Positions 48,391 to 57,323 of a stretch of 64,000 nucleotides of DNA are shown piece after piece. The notes beneath the pieces were generated by a model. That model had not been told where the DNA came from. It did no database searches and worked only from the letters and a program-made list of their open reading frames with translations. The DNA is taken from NCBI GenBank assembly GCA_963674755.2, contig CAXXVS010000003.1, forward strand, positions 128,001-192,000, read 5' to 3'. Source of the DNA: Desulfobacterales bacterium. Lineage in GTDB: Bacteria; Desulfobacterota; Desulfobacteria; Desulfobacterales; UBA5852. The first letter of the stretch is position 1. The number at the start of each line of letters is the position of its first letter. A program made the position numbers and the translations under genes.

Positions 48391-51300
48391 TCAACGATTC
48401 CGCTGCGGTTCAGGGTCAGCGGAACGCTCTGCGGGAGCATGTCTTCTCAGGGTTTGCAGACGTTCCTGATCCCATTCGAGGTTAAGCTCATTGAATAGCC
48501 GTTCGGCTTTGTCGAGATAGGTTTCGGCTTCCAGACCGAGCAGTGTGGTATCCTGGACGCCGCCTTCCGCGAGTCGTCGACCGACTTCAAAATAGGTTCG
48601 CGACAACTGGATCCGAGCTCCCAGCCGTTCACCTTCACGAATGGCTTTACACCACCAGCGGCGGGCGCGCCGCGGCCGTTGCGTCAGCCATAAAAAGAGC
48701 CCCATCAGGCGGTAGGCATCCGTGCGATACTGAGCGACCTTGCGCGTTTGGCGCACCAGCGCCCGGCAGTATTGATAGGCCCGCACCTTCCATTTCAGGG
48801 GTTCTCCTTCATCAACGCCGGCAAGGGCTTCCTGCAACCCATAAAGGCCAAGTTCGGCCCGGCTGCGCAGAAACATCGATAACTGCCAGGGTACCGGCTG
48901 CAATTCGCGCCGAATGGCCTCGGCTTGATCCAGGGCCTCTTCAGCGGCGGTACGATCTGCCCGGAGAAGATGAAGTTTGGCCAGACAGCCCAAAAAATGA
49001 ATCATTCCCAAGCCGGATTTTGTTTTTTGGGCGAAGTCGATTCCGGCCGCGATCTCCTTCCGGGCCTCCTGAAGGCGGCGGCATTCCAGAAAAAGACCCG
49101 TATTCAGCAACAGTTTGAGGAGTTGCGAAAAGTCATTCTCGTAGATATCCGATATTTCGTCGAGCTTTTCCACCAGCCATTGGGCCAGGGCGATTTCGCC
49201 CTGATGCAGCTGGGGGAGGGCATGCCAGTGAAGATGCAGCGAAATGAAGTAGACTTCGCCATAATCCAAGTTGTGCTTCACCAGGTCTTCGTCGAATCTT
49301 CCGATGGACTTCCAGTTGCCTGTTAGATAATGATGCAATGTTTCTGAAAAATCGTAGATAATATAAGATTTGAAATTTTCCCGTGTAATTTTGGGTGCGA
49401 CAAATTTCAAAATCTTGTTGCTGATCCCGAAGGAAAGTCCGCTGAACGAAAAGAGCGAACTTGCCCCAACGAGCAGGCCGTAACCAGCATCAAAATGCTT
49501 AAGGTCAAAGCGGGAGATTTGTCCATAGAAATACAGTGATTCTATAAAATAGCGCTTTGGATCAATTATACCCAGCGCTTTCAGTTTCTTATAGAACAAA
49601 TCACAAGTTTGCAGATTCTCCTCGGAAAGAATCCGTCTGAATTTCAACCAGGGCAGCCATAGGCTGGTCAGGAATTGGGCGAAGCTGGGCAACACCTTTA
49701 AAAACGGAAAACGGGCGGGATCGCGCCGCTTTTTCCAATAGAAGGAAAGGGCCCTATCGAAATACTCCACCGCCTCCTCATATTGGCCGCGGTTATAGAA
49801 GGCGAGGGCGATGTTCTTTTCCAGCAACGCTATCTTGGCCGCATCGGCTGCCGAGCCTGATTTCTGCCGGTAGAGGCGCAGCGCCTCCAGATAGTAATGG
49901 AGGGCCTCGCTCGAAGCCGATGTTTTCAGCGCTTCTTCGCCGGCTTTGATCAATGCGGCTTCGGCTTTGTCCAGTTGCTCCGCCCGGCTGTAGTGGTAGG
50001 CCAGCATGCCGTAAAAAGAACTCAATTTTTCGGCAAAAACCTTTTCGATGGTGTCGGCCACCTTCAGGTGCAGCGTCTTGCATTTCTGGGGCAGAATGGA
50101 AGCATAGGCGGCTTCCTGGGTAAGGGCATGCTTGAAGTAGTACTCCAACTCTTCGTGCTGCTCCCCTTCCAGAATAAGCTCCATCTGTTTCAGGTAGGAC
50201 AGGCGGTCGTCCACATTGGAGACCGAACCGGCCACCTCCGCCAGGATGCGGTAGAAAAAATTCCGGCCGATCACGGCCGCCACTTTCAACAGATCCCGGG
50301 CGCCCTCCTCCAAACGGTCGATGCGGGACATCAGCACGTCATTGATCGTGTTGGGGATGGTCATGGTGCCGAACTTGTCGGTCACCTTGAAGGTGCCGTT
50401 CCGCATCACGACGGCCCCTTCGTCGATAAACGAACGGGCGACCTCCTCTATAAAATAGGGATTTCCGCCGGCACGTTGCACGATCTGCCCGACAACTGCG
50501 GTATTGAGACCGCGCAAATCCAGCATGTCGGTAATGAGGGCTTCGCTCATGCGATCGTCCAGGGGCTCCAAGGGAATGTCGAGTTGGTAAGGGAAAAATT
50601 CTTCTCTGATGAAAGATCCGATCCGTTGACCGGTCTCTTCATATCCTGGACGGAAAATGTTGATGAACAAGATGGGGGACTGTCTGACAAGACGGAAAAG
50701 GTATTCCAAAAGTTCGATCGAACTTTTGTCGGCCCAGTGCAGGTCGTCGATAATGACGATCAGCGGCTGCAGCGCGCTGATGCGTGATAAAACTTCGCGA
50801 ACGCTCCGGCGGATTAGTTTTTCCAGGGCTTCGCCTTCAATACCTCGTATTCGCTCACGAAAGGCGTCGGGCAGGCTGATGCCCATCAGGATCGCCATGA
50901 ACGGCAGTACCTCGTTGCCCTCATCTTTAAACAATCCCCGGACCGCCGTCTCCAATTTGCGCCATGTCGCATGTGCGTTGTCTTCTTCCCCGATGTTGGC
51001 CCATTGTCTGAGAAGATCAATCATCGGATGAAAGCTCAAGTTGCGGCCCATGGAGACGGCCTGGCCTTCCAGTACGGTCACCCGCCGGATCGACTCCCGC
51101 TGTCGGAGTTCGGTCACCAACCTGGACTTGCCGATGCCGGCCTCGCCGATCACATTGACGATCGAACCCTCGCCGTTGATCAGCTTCAGCACTTGCAGCT
51201 CCAGCTTGTCCAACTTGCTGGTCCGGCCCACCATCTCGGTGAATATCGCCCGTTCCGAACCCAATTGGGGGCGGTGAATATCTTTGCGACTCGGCAGCAC

Positions 51301-52032
51301 CTTGTAAACCGGTATGCTTTCCGTCCAGCCCTTGATCACCTTTTTCCCCAGGTTTGCGAACTCGAACATGCCATAGGTCTGTCGATAGACCTCCTGGGTG
51401 ACATAGGTGGTCCCCGGTTCGGCCAGGCGCTCCATACGGGATGCCAGATTGACCGTATCGCCGACGGCCTTGAATTCGACCCGCAGGTCATTGCCCAACG
51501 TACCCACCACCACCGGTCCGCAATGAATTCCAATGCGCATGCGGATGGGGTATTCTCCCGCCCGCTGCTGGTTGAAAACAACCATACCCTGATGAATGGC
51601 CCGTGCCGCCCAGAGGGCGCGCTGGGGTGCTTCCTCCACGGCGACCGGAGCGCCGAAAAGGGCCATGATGCCATCTCCGGTCATTTCGTTGATAGTGCCT
51701 TCGAAGTCGTGCACCTGGCGTATCAGGATTTCATAGATCTCATCCATAACCGCATAGGCCGCTTCTGCGCCGAGACGTTCGACCCGTGGGGTGAACCCCT
51801 CCATGTCGCAGAACATCACGGTGACATAGCGGCGCTCCCCTTCGATGCGGTCGCGCTGGCTGAGGATTTTTTTGGTCAAGCCCTGGGGTAAATAGCGCTG
51901 AATCTTAGCGAACTTGTCATCGAAAGACTGGGCGGACAGGCCGCCGCTGGAAGGGGCTGATAGGGCGGTACCGCAATGACTGCAAAAATTGGCGCCTTCC
52001 AGGTTTTCAAATCGGCAGTCGGGGCATTTCAT
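48391..52032 (-). CDS. zinc ribbon-class III nucleotidyl cyclase-AAA/STAND ATPase-TPR protein
   Basis: CPDC..CSHCG; VMFCDMEGFT, GDG, GDTVNLASR; GEAGIGKS Walker A, IIDDLHWAD Walker B, GGNP; helical repeats. Confidence 0.92.
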   Translation of the reverse strand: MKCPDCRFENLEGANFCSHCGTALSAPSSGGLSAQSFDDKFAKIQRYLPQGLTKKILSQRDRIEGERRYVTVMFCDMEGFTPRVERLGAEAAYAVMDEIYEILIRQVHDFEGTINEMTGDGIMALFGAPVAVEEAPQRALWAARAIHQGMVVFNQQRAGEYPIRMRIGIHCGPVVVGTLGNDLRVEFKAVGDTVNLASRMERLAEPGTTYVTQEVYRQTYGMFEFANLGKKVIKGWTESIPVYKVLPSRKDIHRPQLGSERAIFTEMVGRTSKLDKLELQVLKLINGEGSIVNVIGEAGIGKSRLVTELRQRESIRRVTVLEGQAVSMGRNLSFHPMIDLLRQWANIGEEDNAHATWRKLETAVRGLFKDEGNEVLPFMAILMGISLPDAFRERIRGIEGEALEKLIRRSVREVLSRISALQPLIVIIDDLHWADKSSIELLEYLFRLVRQSPILFINIFRPGYEETGQRIGSFIREEFFPYQLDIPLEPLDDRMSEALITDMLDLRGLNTAVVGQIVQRAGGNPYFIEEVARSFIDEGAVVMRNGTFKVTDKFGTMTIPNTINDVLMSRIDRLEEGARDLLKVAAVIGRNFFYRILAEVAGSVSNVDDRLSYLKQMELILEGEQHEELEYYFKHALTQEAAYASILPQKCKTLHLKVADTIEKVFAEKLSSFYGMLAYHYSRAEQLDKAEAALIKAGEEALKTSASSEALHYYLEALRLYRQKSGSAADAAKIALLEKNIALAFYNRGQYEEAVEYFDRALSFYWKKRRDPARFPFLKVLPSFAQFLTSLWLPWLKFRRILSEENLQTCDLFYKKLKALGIIDPKRYFIESLYFYGQISRFDLKHFDAGYGLLVGASSLFSFSGLSFGISNKILKFVAPKITRENFKSYIIYDFSETLHHYLTGNWKSIGRFDEDLVKHNLDYGEVYFISLHLHWHALPQLHQGEIALAQWLVEKLDEISDIYENDFSQLLKLLLNTGLFLECRRLQEARKEIAAGIDFAQKTKSGLGMIHFLGCLAKLHLLRADRTAAEEALDQAEAIRRELQPVPWQLSMFLRSRAELGLYGLQEALAGVDEGEPLKWKVRAYQYCRALVRQTRKVAQYRTDAYRLMGLFLWLTQRPRRARRWWCKAIREGERLGARIQLSRTYFEVGRRLAEGGVQDTTLLGLEAETYLDKAERLFNELNLEWDQERLQTLRRHAPAERSADPEPQRNR

Positions 52033-52297
52033 TCCAGCATCACTCTTGCGAATCCTGCACGACAGGGATGAAAGCGCATGCGCGCAGGCACGCTATCCTG
52101 TTCCAAGGGGAAACAGGCGATGGGCATGACCGGCGGCAGGGGTTGTTTGAATAGGATTTTTGTCAATAATTCGGCCGGCTGTCAAGAACGCAGTTCGCTA
52201 GGCACACCGGTGGAAGGATTCCAGGAAATAATGGCTCAGATGGCCGGGGAATCGAACGCGTCCCCGGCCGGTGGATTCTGCAGCAGGCTATCGATGG

Positions 52298-53098
52298 TTA
52301 CGGCGTCCGGCGCAGCGCTTCAAGAATACTCTCCGTTGCCAGGCCGTCCGGTTCCAGTCCCTTATCACGCTGGAAGGCCTGAATCGCCGCACGCGTTTTA
52401 CCGCCGAAGAGGCCGTCGACCGGACCCGGCTGGTATCCCAGATCCGTCAGGCGCTGTTGGACCTCACGGACCATTTTTTGCCGTGCCAAAGCGGCTTGCC
52501 GCGCCCTGGCGGAACGCTGTTTGAGCTGTTTCGTGTAGGCCTGCACACCGGCTTCGGACAAAAACCGGTCCTCGACAGGAATCCCCTGGGCGCGGGCCAG
52601 GCGGAACCAGCGCAGGGCCTCCCGGTCGCTTTGCGCCACCCCCACCCCGCTGGCATACATCAGGCCGAGCATATGCATGGCCGCACCGTGTTCCTCCTTG
52701 GCCGCGGCTTCGAAATAGCGGGCGGCCTCAGACGGGTTGCAGGAAATATAGGCCATGCCCATCAGGTAGTTGGCCGGAGGATAGCCGTTTTCCGCCGAGC
52801 GCCGCATCCACTGCAGATACTGCTTGGGATCGCGTTTGACCCCTTCCCCGGCCAGATACATGTTGGCCAGCATGAACTGACCGTATCCCCCCTCGGCCTC
52901 GGCTGCCGTTTGGTAGGCGGCCAATGCGCCGGAGTAGTCTTTTTCGGCGTAGGCCGTGTCACCTTTGGTCTCGGCGGCACTGGCCTTGAAATAGTTGGCG
53001 GTGGACGTCATGCGCGATTTGACGGAATCCGTAAATCCTGCGCAACCGGTCAGGAACAGCAGAACGAGCGGGAAAACGATCCATTGGCGATTGAACAT
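52298..53098 (-). CDS. lipoprotein with Sel1-like repeats and peptidoglycan-binding domain
   Basis: lipobox LTGC; LANMYLAGEGV and LGLMYASGVGV Sel1 repeats; VQQRLTDLGY..DG.FG..T..AI..FQ PG_binding_1. Confidence 0.88.
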   Translation of the reverse strand: MFNRQWIVFPLVLLFLTGCAGFTDSVKSRMTSTANYFKASAAETKGDTAYAEKDYSGALAAYQTAAEAEGGYGQFMLANMYLAGEGVKRDPKQYLQWMRRSAENGYPPANYLMGMAYISCNPSEAARYFEAAAKEEHGAAMHMLGLMYASGVGVAQSDREALRWFRLARAQGIPVEDRFLSEAGVQAYTKQLKQRSARARQAALARQKMVREVQQRLTDLGYQPGPVDGLFGGKTRAAIQAFQRDKGLEPDGLATESILEALRRTP

Positions 53099-53145
53099 GA
53101 TCAACTCCTGAAGGGCATCGGTTTTTCGATAGGTCATGCACCGGA

Positions 53146-54033
53146 CTATTTGTGGCCGCCACCACCACCTCCACCGCCACTTCCGCCACCGCCGCCACTG
53201 GTATTGTGAACCAGGTAGCGCCGGCCACTCGCCGTGACCACATAAAAGTTGTGGGTATCCGCCACCTGCAAATTGTACAACGGCGTATCGAGGCGTTGGA
53301 AATCGATGCTGACAATCGCCACCATGCGGCCGTCCACATGGACGGCATCGCCCTTGACAAGGTCCCGCACCCTTTTCCAACCGGTCGGCGTGAGCAGTCG
53401 TTCCCCGCCGGTGGTGCGCAGATCGCCGTTGATGGTATAAAGATGGTTGGCCTCGACCCGGTAGCGCTCGACCACCGGACGGCCCACGGCCCTATCATAG
53501 CCGATATCGTAGGTCAGCACCCTGTCGCCGGGCGTGATATCTTTGAAAGGCTTAGCGCTGCCATCTTCCATCTTCACGTGTGCATCCGGCGGGAAGCAGC
53601 CGGTCGATTGCGAAAGAATCGCCTGCTTTTCTTTTTCGAGTTTGTCCACCTGCCGCTCCAAACGTTGGATTTCCTTCTCGGTGCCTGCCACCTGGGCATA
53701 GGCCCCGTCCGCCAGGTCTCCGTAGCTTGGATTTGAGTCCCCTTTGGTCCAGCCTCTGCTCTTGTAGTCGGCGACGCTGTTGATGACACCGATCTGCCGT
53801 TGCTGGGTCTCATATTCTTTGAGGCCGTCGATATGCTTCCGGGTCCGTTCAATATCCCCTTGGACCTCCTCCAACGTGCGGCGTGGTTCCGGCGGCGCCG
53901 GGGCGACTTGGGGTGAATCGCTGGGGGGGGAAGACGATCCGCCGGCGCTCATACAGCCTGCGACGAAGATGAGCAGAAGGAGAATCAATAGGCCGGTGGA
54001 GCGCCTCCCGGTATGCCGCGGTTTTCTTTCCAT
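53146..54033 (-). CDS. lipoprotein with coiled coil, Hint (intein-like) domain and poly-Gly tail
   Basis: lipobox VAGC; GCFPP..GDRV..YNLQVADTHNFYV..LVHN; tail TSGGGGGSGGGGGGGGHK. Confidence 0.85.
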   Translation of the reverse strand: MERKPRHTGRRSTGLLILLLLIFVAGCMSAGGSSSPPSDSPQVAPAPPEPRRTLEEVQGDIERTRKHIDGLKEYETQQRQIGVINSVADYKSRGWTKGDSNPSYGDLADGAYAQVAGTEKEIQRLERQVDKLEKEKQAILSQSTGCFPPDAHVKMEDGSAKPFKDITPGDRVLTYDIGYDRAVGRPVVERYRVEANHLYTINGDLRTTGGERLLTPTGWKRVRDLVKGDAVHVDGRMVAIVSIDFQRLDTPLYNLQVADTHNFYVVTASGRRYLVHNTSGGGGGSGGGGGGGGHK

Positions 54034-54428
54034 AGAAGACCCCTTTGTCGTGTCGAAAAAGCAAATTCAGAAATGTTACCGTGCGTCCATCCCGGCCATC
54101 GGTCGAATGGGTTTTTGAAAATCAGCGCCGTTTTCTACTATGGCACCCCCAATCTGTCAAAGTAAAAACTAAAAATACCGCCCTTGGCAAACGCGTTTAC
54201 CGAACCGGCTTTACGGCTTCGAGTAAAGCCGAAACCACAAAGTCTTCGGCCTTTTGTGCGGGGGCCCAGGTTTTAATCAGCGCGCGGCTTTCCTTGCGAA
54301 GGTCGATGCGAATTTCAACCAGGAGCAACCGGGCCCCGTCCGGACCTGAAAAGGATATCCGCTCCGCGCCACAGGCTAGAATGCCCGTCACGAAACGGGC
54401 AGCGATGGAAGGGCCTGCAATAATCGTT

Positions 54429-55373
54429 TCAGGAGGGTTGAAAATGGGCGCGGGCGGCCGCCAGGCGACGCGTACGTACACTGGCGGCAACCTCGAGAAT
54501 CTTGTGATCGCGCTGCCACCACAGCCGGGTCCGGGGATCGACCTGCTCCCAGAGAGGCACCGCCTCGTCCAGCACACGGGCCACCTGGGAGAGCAGTCCC
54601 CCCAGGGCAAGGTGGACATGGGGGGCCAGGGGCGGCGCCAGGGCCAGGGTCCGTGCCGTCACCATCAGGGACAGCAAGGTTTCCAGAAGGGCATCGGGCC
54701 AGCCGGAGCGGCGTCCGACGCCTGCAAACCAAGCCAGAAAAGCGCCGGTCACATGCACATCTTCCAAGGTGCGGAACGGTTTGATGGCCCGGAGATAGCC
54801 ATCACCGGGCAGGAGGGCCTCGTCCGTCAGCCCCACCGCCTCGAAATCCACCCGGCCGTGGGGCATTTCCGGAACAAACCCCAGGTTCGGCAGGGAGGTA
54901 ATGTGGACACCGTCCAGGTCCGCCGGCACCATCGCCATCCGCAGGCGGTTGCGGCCGTCGGGCATCGCGCCGGCAGAGGCCGCCACCATCAGCAGGTCGG
55001 CCCCTTCAGCCCCCGTAACAAACGTTTTCGTGCCGTCCAGCCGCCAGCCGGCGCTCCCCTCAGCAGCGCTCAGGCGGGTTCGGATGCCCGCGGGATGGGC
55101 ACCATGGTCTTCGCTGATGCACAGCGCGGCGAGCTGATCGCAAGGGTGGTCAGGCAGCAAAGCCTGGATGGCCGCCTGGTAGCCGGCGGCAAAGGCCCAG
55201 GCCGGACGATCCGCCGCCCAGCCGCCGGCCAGGGCCCGGTCGATGGGCTGCTCCCAGCGGGGCACGATCTTCCGCCAAACTGCTTTCCAGGCCGTAAAAT
55301 CATCGATCCGGCCGGGCGGCTCCGCCGGCGCCTGCAGGAGCGCTTCCATGACCGCCATATCGACCCCGCTCAC
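54429..55373 (-). CDS. acyl-CoA dehydrogenase family protein (short form)
   Basis: ALCISE, WRLDGTKTFVT, KPFRTLED. Confidence 0.8.
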   Translation of the reverse strand: MSGVDMAVMEALLQAPAEPPGRIDDFTAWKAVWRKIVPRWEQPIDRALAGGWAADRPAWAFAAGYQAAIQALLPDHPCDQLAALCISEDHGAHPAGIRTRLSAAEGSAGWRLDGTKTFVTGAEGADLLMVAASAGAMPDGRNRLRMAMVPADLDGVHITSLPNLGFVPEMPHGRVDFEAVGLTDEALLPGDGYLRAIKPFRTLEDVHVTGAFLAWFAGVGRRSGWPDALLETLLSLMVTARTLALAPPLAPHVHLALGGLLSQVARVLDEAVPLWEQVDPRTRLWWQRDHKILEVAASVRTRRLAAARAHFQPS

Positions 55374-56758
55374 AGCACCAGCTCCTGGATGAAGGCCGCC
55401 AACTGATCGAGGTTCCAGCAGGCCCGCACCTCGTTGCAGAAGGCTTCGTAAGTGCGCATTTCACTGTCTCCCGAATGCCAGAAGGCTTCCGACTCCGGAT
55501 TGAGCCAGACCACCCGCCGGCTGCGGTCCCGGACGGCTTCCAGGATGCCTTCTTCGGGATTGCCATAGTTGCTGCGGCCGTCGCCGATCATGATGACGGT
55601 CGTCTTTTTGTTGATGCTGTCCATGTGCCGGGCCTGAAACAGACGCAGGGTGCGCCCGTAATCCGTGGGGGCCCCGTAGGCGACTTCCGGGCAGCCGAGA
55701 ATTTCCTCCAGGGCCCGCTCGATGTCGAAATCATCGAAATAACGGGTGACCTCCACGGGTTCGTCCACGAACACGAAGCTGCGCACCCGGTCGAAGCAGT
55801 CCTGGAGGGCGTAGAGCATGGTGAGCATGAAGCGGGCCGAGGACCAGACCGACCCGGAAACGTCGCACAGCACCACGATGCGCCCTTTGCGGGGCGGTTT
55901 GCGTCGGAAGCGCAGCCCGATGGGGATCCCTTGGGTGCGGGCGGCGGCCCGCAGGGTGCGCTTGACATCCAGGATGCCCCGGGCGCGCGCGGCGTAGCGC
56001 AGGCTCACCATGTCCCGCAGCTTGCGCACCAACCGGGCGATGATCTCCCGCAGCCGGATCAGTTCGCCCGGCGAGAGATTGGCAAAGGGCGTTTGCCCGA
56101 GGGCGCCGTAGGCATCGCGGGGCGCGGTCTTTTTGACGTCCAGCGGGGGCAGGGGCGGGCCGTTTTCCGCCAGGAGCCGGCGGGCCGTCTCCAACCGGCG
56201 CGCCACCTGCCGCTGCACGGCCTGGCGTGTTTCCCAGGGGATCTCCCGCCAGTGATCGGCCAGATATCCGTCCACCGCCTCCCGGGCCCGGTGCAGGGCG
56301 CGCAGCACCGGCAGACGCCTCACCAGCCCCCCCAGATTGGAGCCCGCCCCCCGGGGACCCTGGCCCCTGGTCGGCCCTTCGGACTGCATGGCCTGGAGCA
56401 TTTGAAGATAGGGCGCCGGATCGGCCGCCAGGAATTGGGCAATGGCGGTCAGGGCCGGCATCTGGGGTTCGATGGCGAGGAGTAATTGCCTGAGCGTTTC
56501 CATCTGCGCGGCCAGGGATTGAGCGGCCGGATCCAGGTCTTCCCGGATTTCATGGAAGAAAAGCTGGTAGAGACGGTCGAAGCGGGCCCGCTCCAGCCGG
56601 CTCTTGGCAAAATTGGCCCGCAGCACCGTGGCGAACTGGCCCTCGTCCAGAATATCCACCCGGGGCAGCTGGGCCAGACAGTCCAGCGTCTCGGCCGTGG
56701 AGATGCGCAGCCCGCCTGCCCGGGCCGCGGCCACAAATTTAAGGATCATCCCCTCCAA
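55370..56758 (-). CDS. VWA domain protein (CoxE-like)
   Basis: LDVKRTLR, LCDVSGS MIDAS, TDYG, GDGRSN, WLNPE. Confidence 0.9.
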   Translation of the reverse strand: MEGMILKFVAAARAGGLRISTAETLDCLAQLPRVDILDEGQFATVLRANFAKSRLERARFDRLYQLFFHEIREDLDPAAQSLAAQMETLRQLLLAIEPQMPALTAIAQFLAADPAPYLQMLQAMQSEGPTRGQGPRGAGSNLGGLVRRLPVLRALHRAREAVDGYLADHWREIPWETRQAVQRQVARRLETARRLLAENGPPLPPLDVKKTAPRDAYGALGQTPFANLSPGELIRLREIIARLVRKLRDMVSLRYAARARGILDVKRTLRAAARTQGIPIGLRFRRKPPRKGRIVVLCDVSGSVWSSARFMLTMLYALQDCFDRVRSFVFVDEPVEVTRYFDDFDIERALEEILGCPEVAYGAPTDYGRTLRLFQARHMDSINKKTTVIMIGDGRSNYGNPEEGILEAVRDRSRRVVWLNPESEAFWHSGDSEMRTYEAFCNEVRACWNLDQLAAFIQELVL

Positions 56759-56847
56759 TGGTTATAGAACTCCCATCGAACCTGCAGCTCAGAAAGCCTC
56801 AAACGTGGCTTAAAGAAGGTTTTTGCCTTTGGGTTTTTGTCTTACCC

Positions 56848-57032
56848 TTTGTCCCGCGCCGAGCATCGGCGATGCGGACGGATTAAAGCGCGCGGACTGT
56901 CTGAACCCGCCGAAGGCTTGCCGTAGGCGGGTAAGTTTCCGCGTGCTCCGGCCGTGTCGACGACGCGCAGGATCAAGCGGGACACGGGCGTCTTCTTTTG
57001 GTTACTTTTCTGCCACGCGGAAGAAAAGTAAC
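56848..57032 (+). repeat. family A copy 5
   Basis: near-identical to 34190-34310 in 5' half; ends gttacttttctgccacgcggaagaaaagtaac. Confidence 0.85.
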
Positions 57033-57128
57033 GACAGCAAAAAACCAGTTGGTAAAACCTTACCAGATTCTCCAACGGAGGCGGAAGATTTCGTTCAACA
57101 TAAAGTCCCTGCTGAACAAAATCCTACA

Positions 57129-57310
57129 TAGACCAGAAATGATATATTTTGGTTCCGGCGAAGGCCGCAGTTCTTTGGAAACCGGAGGCGTAGCCTCGCT
57201 ACGGCGAGGATTTCCAAAAAGCGAGAACGCCGGCTTGTCCGCCAAAGGTGAGGTTATCCCCATTCGGAGACTCAGTCCACCGGCGGCGGGCCGGGGCCAA
57301 AAGATGCTAT
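57129..57310 (+). repeat. MITE-like element (family C)
   Basis: central aggcgtagcctcgctacggcgagga hairpin; 3' part matches 1-70. Confidence 0.6.
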
Positions 57311-57323
57311 CTCTGGATGGGCA

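Noticed and set aside
54045..55406. 453-aa plus-strand ORF
   Set aside because: Antisense to the acyl-CoA dehydrogenase-like gene; no motifs
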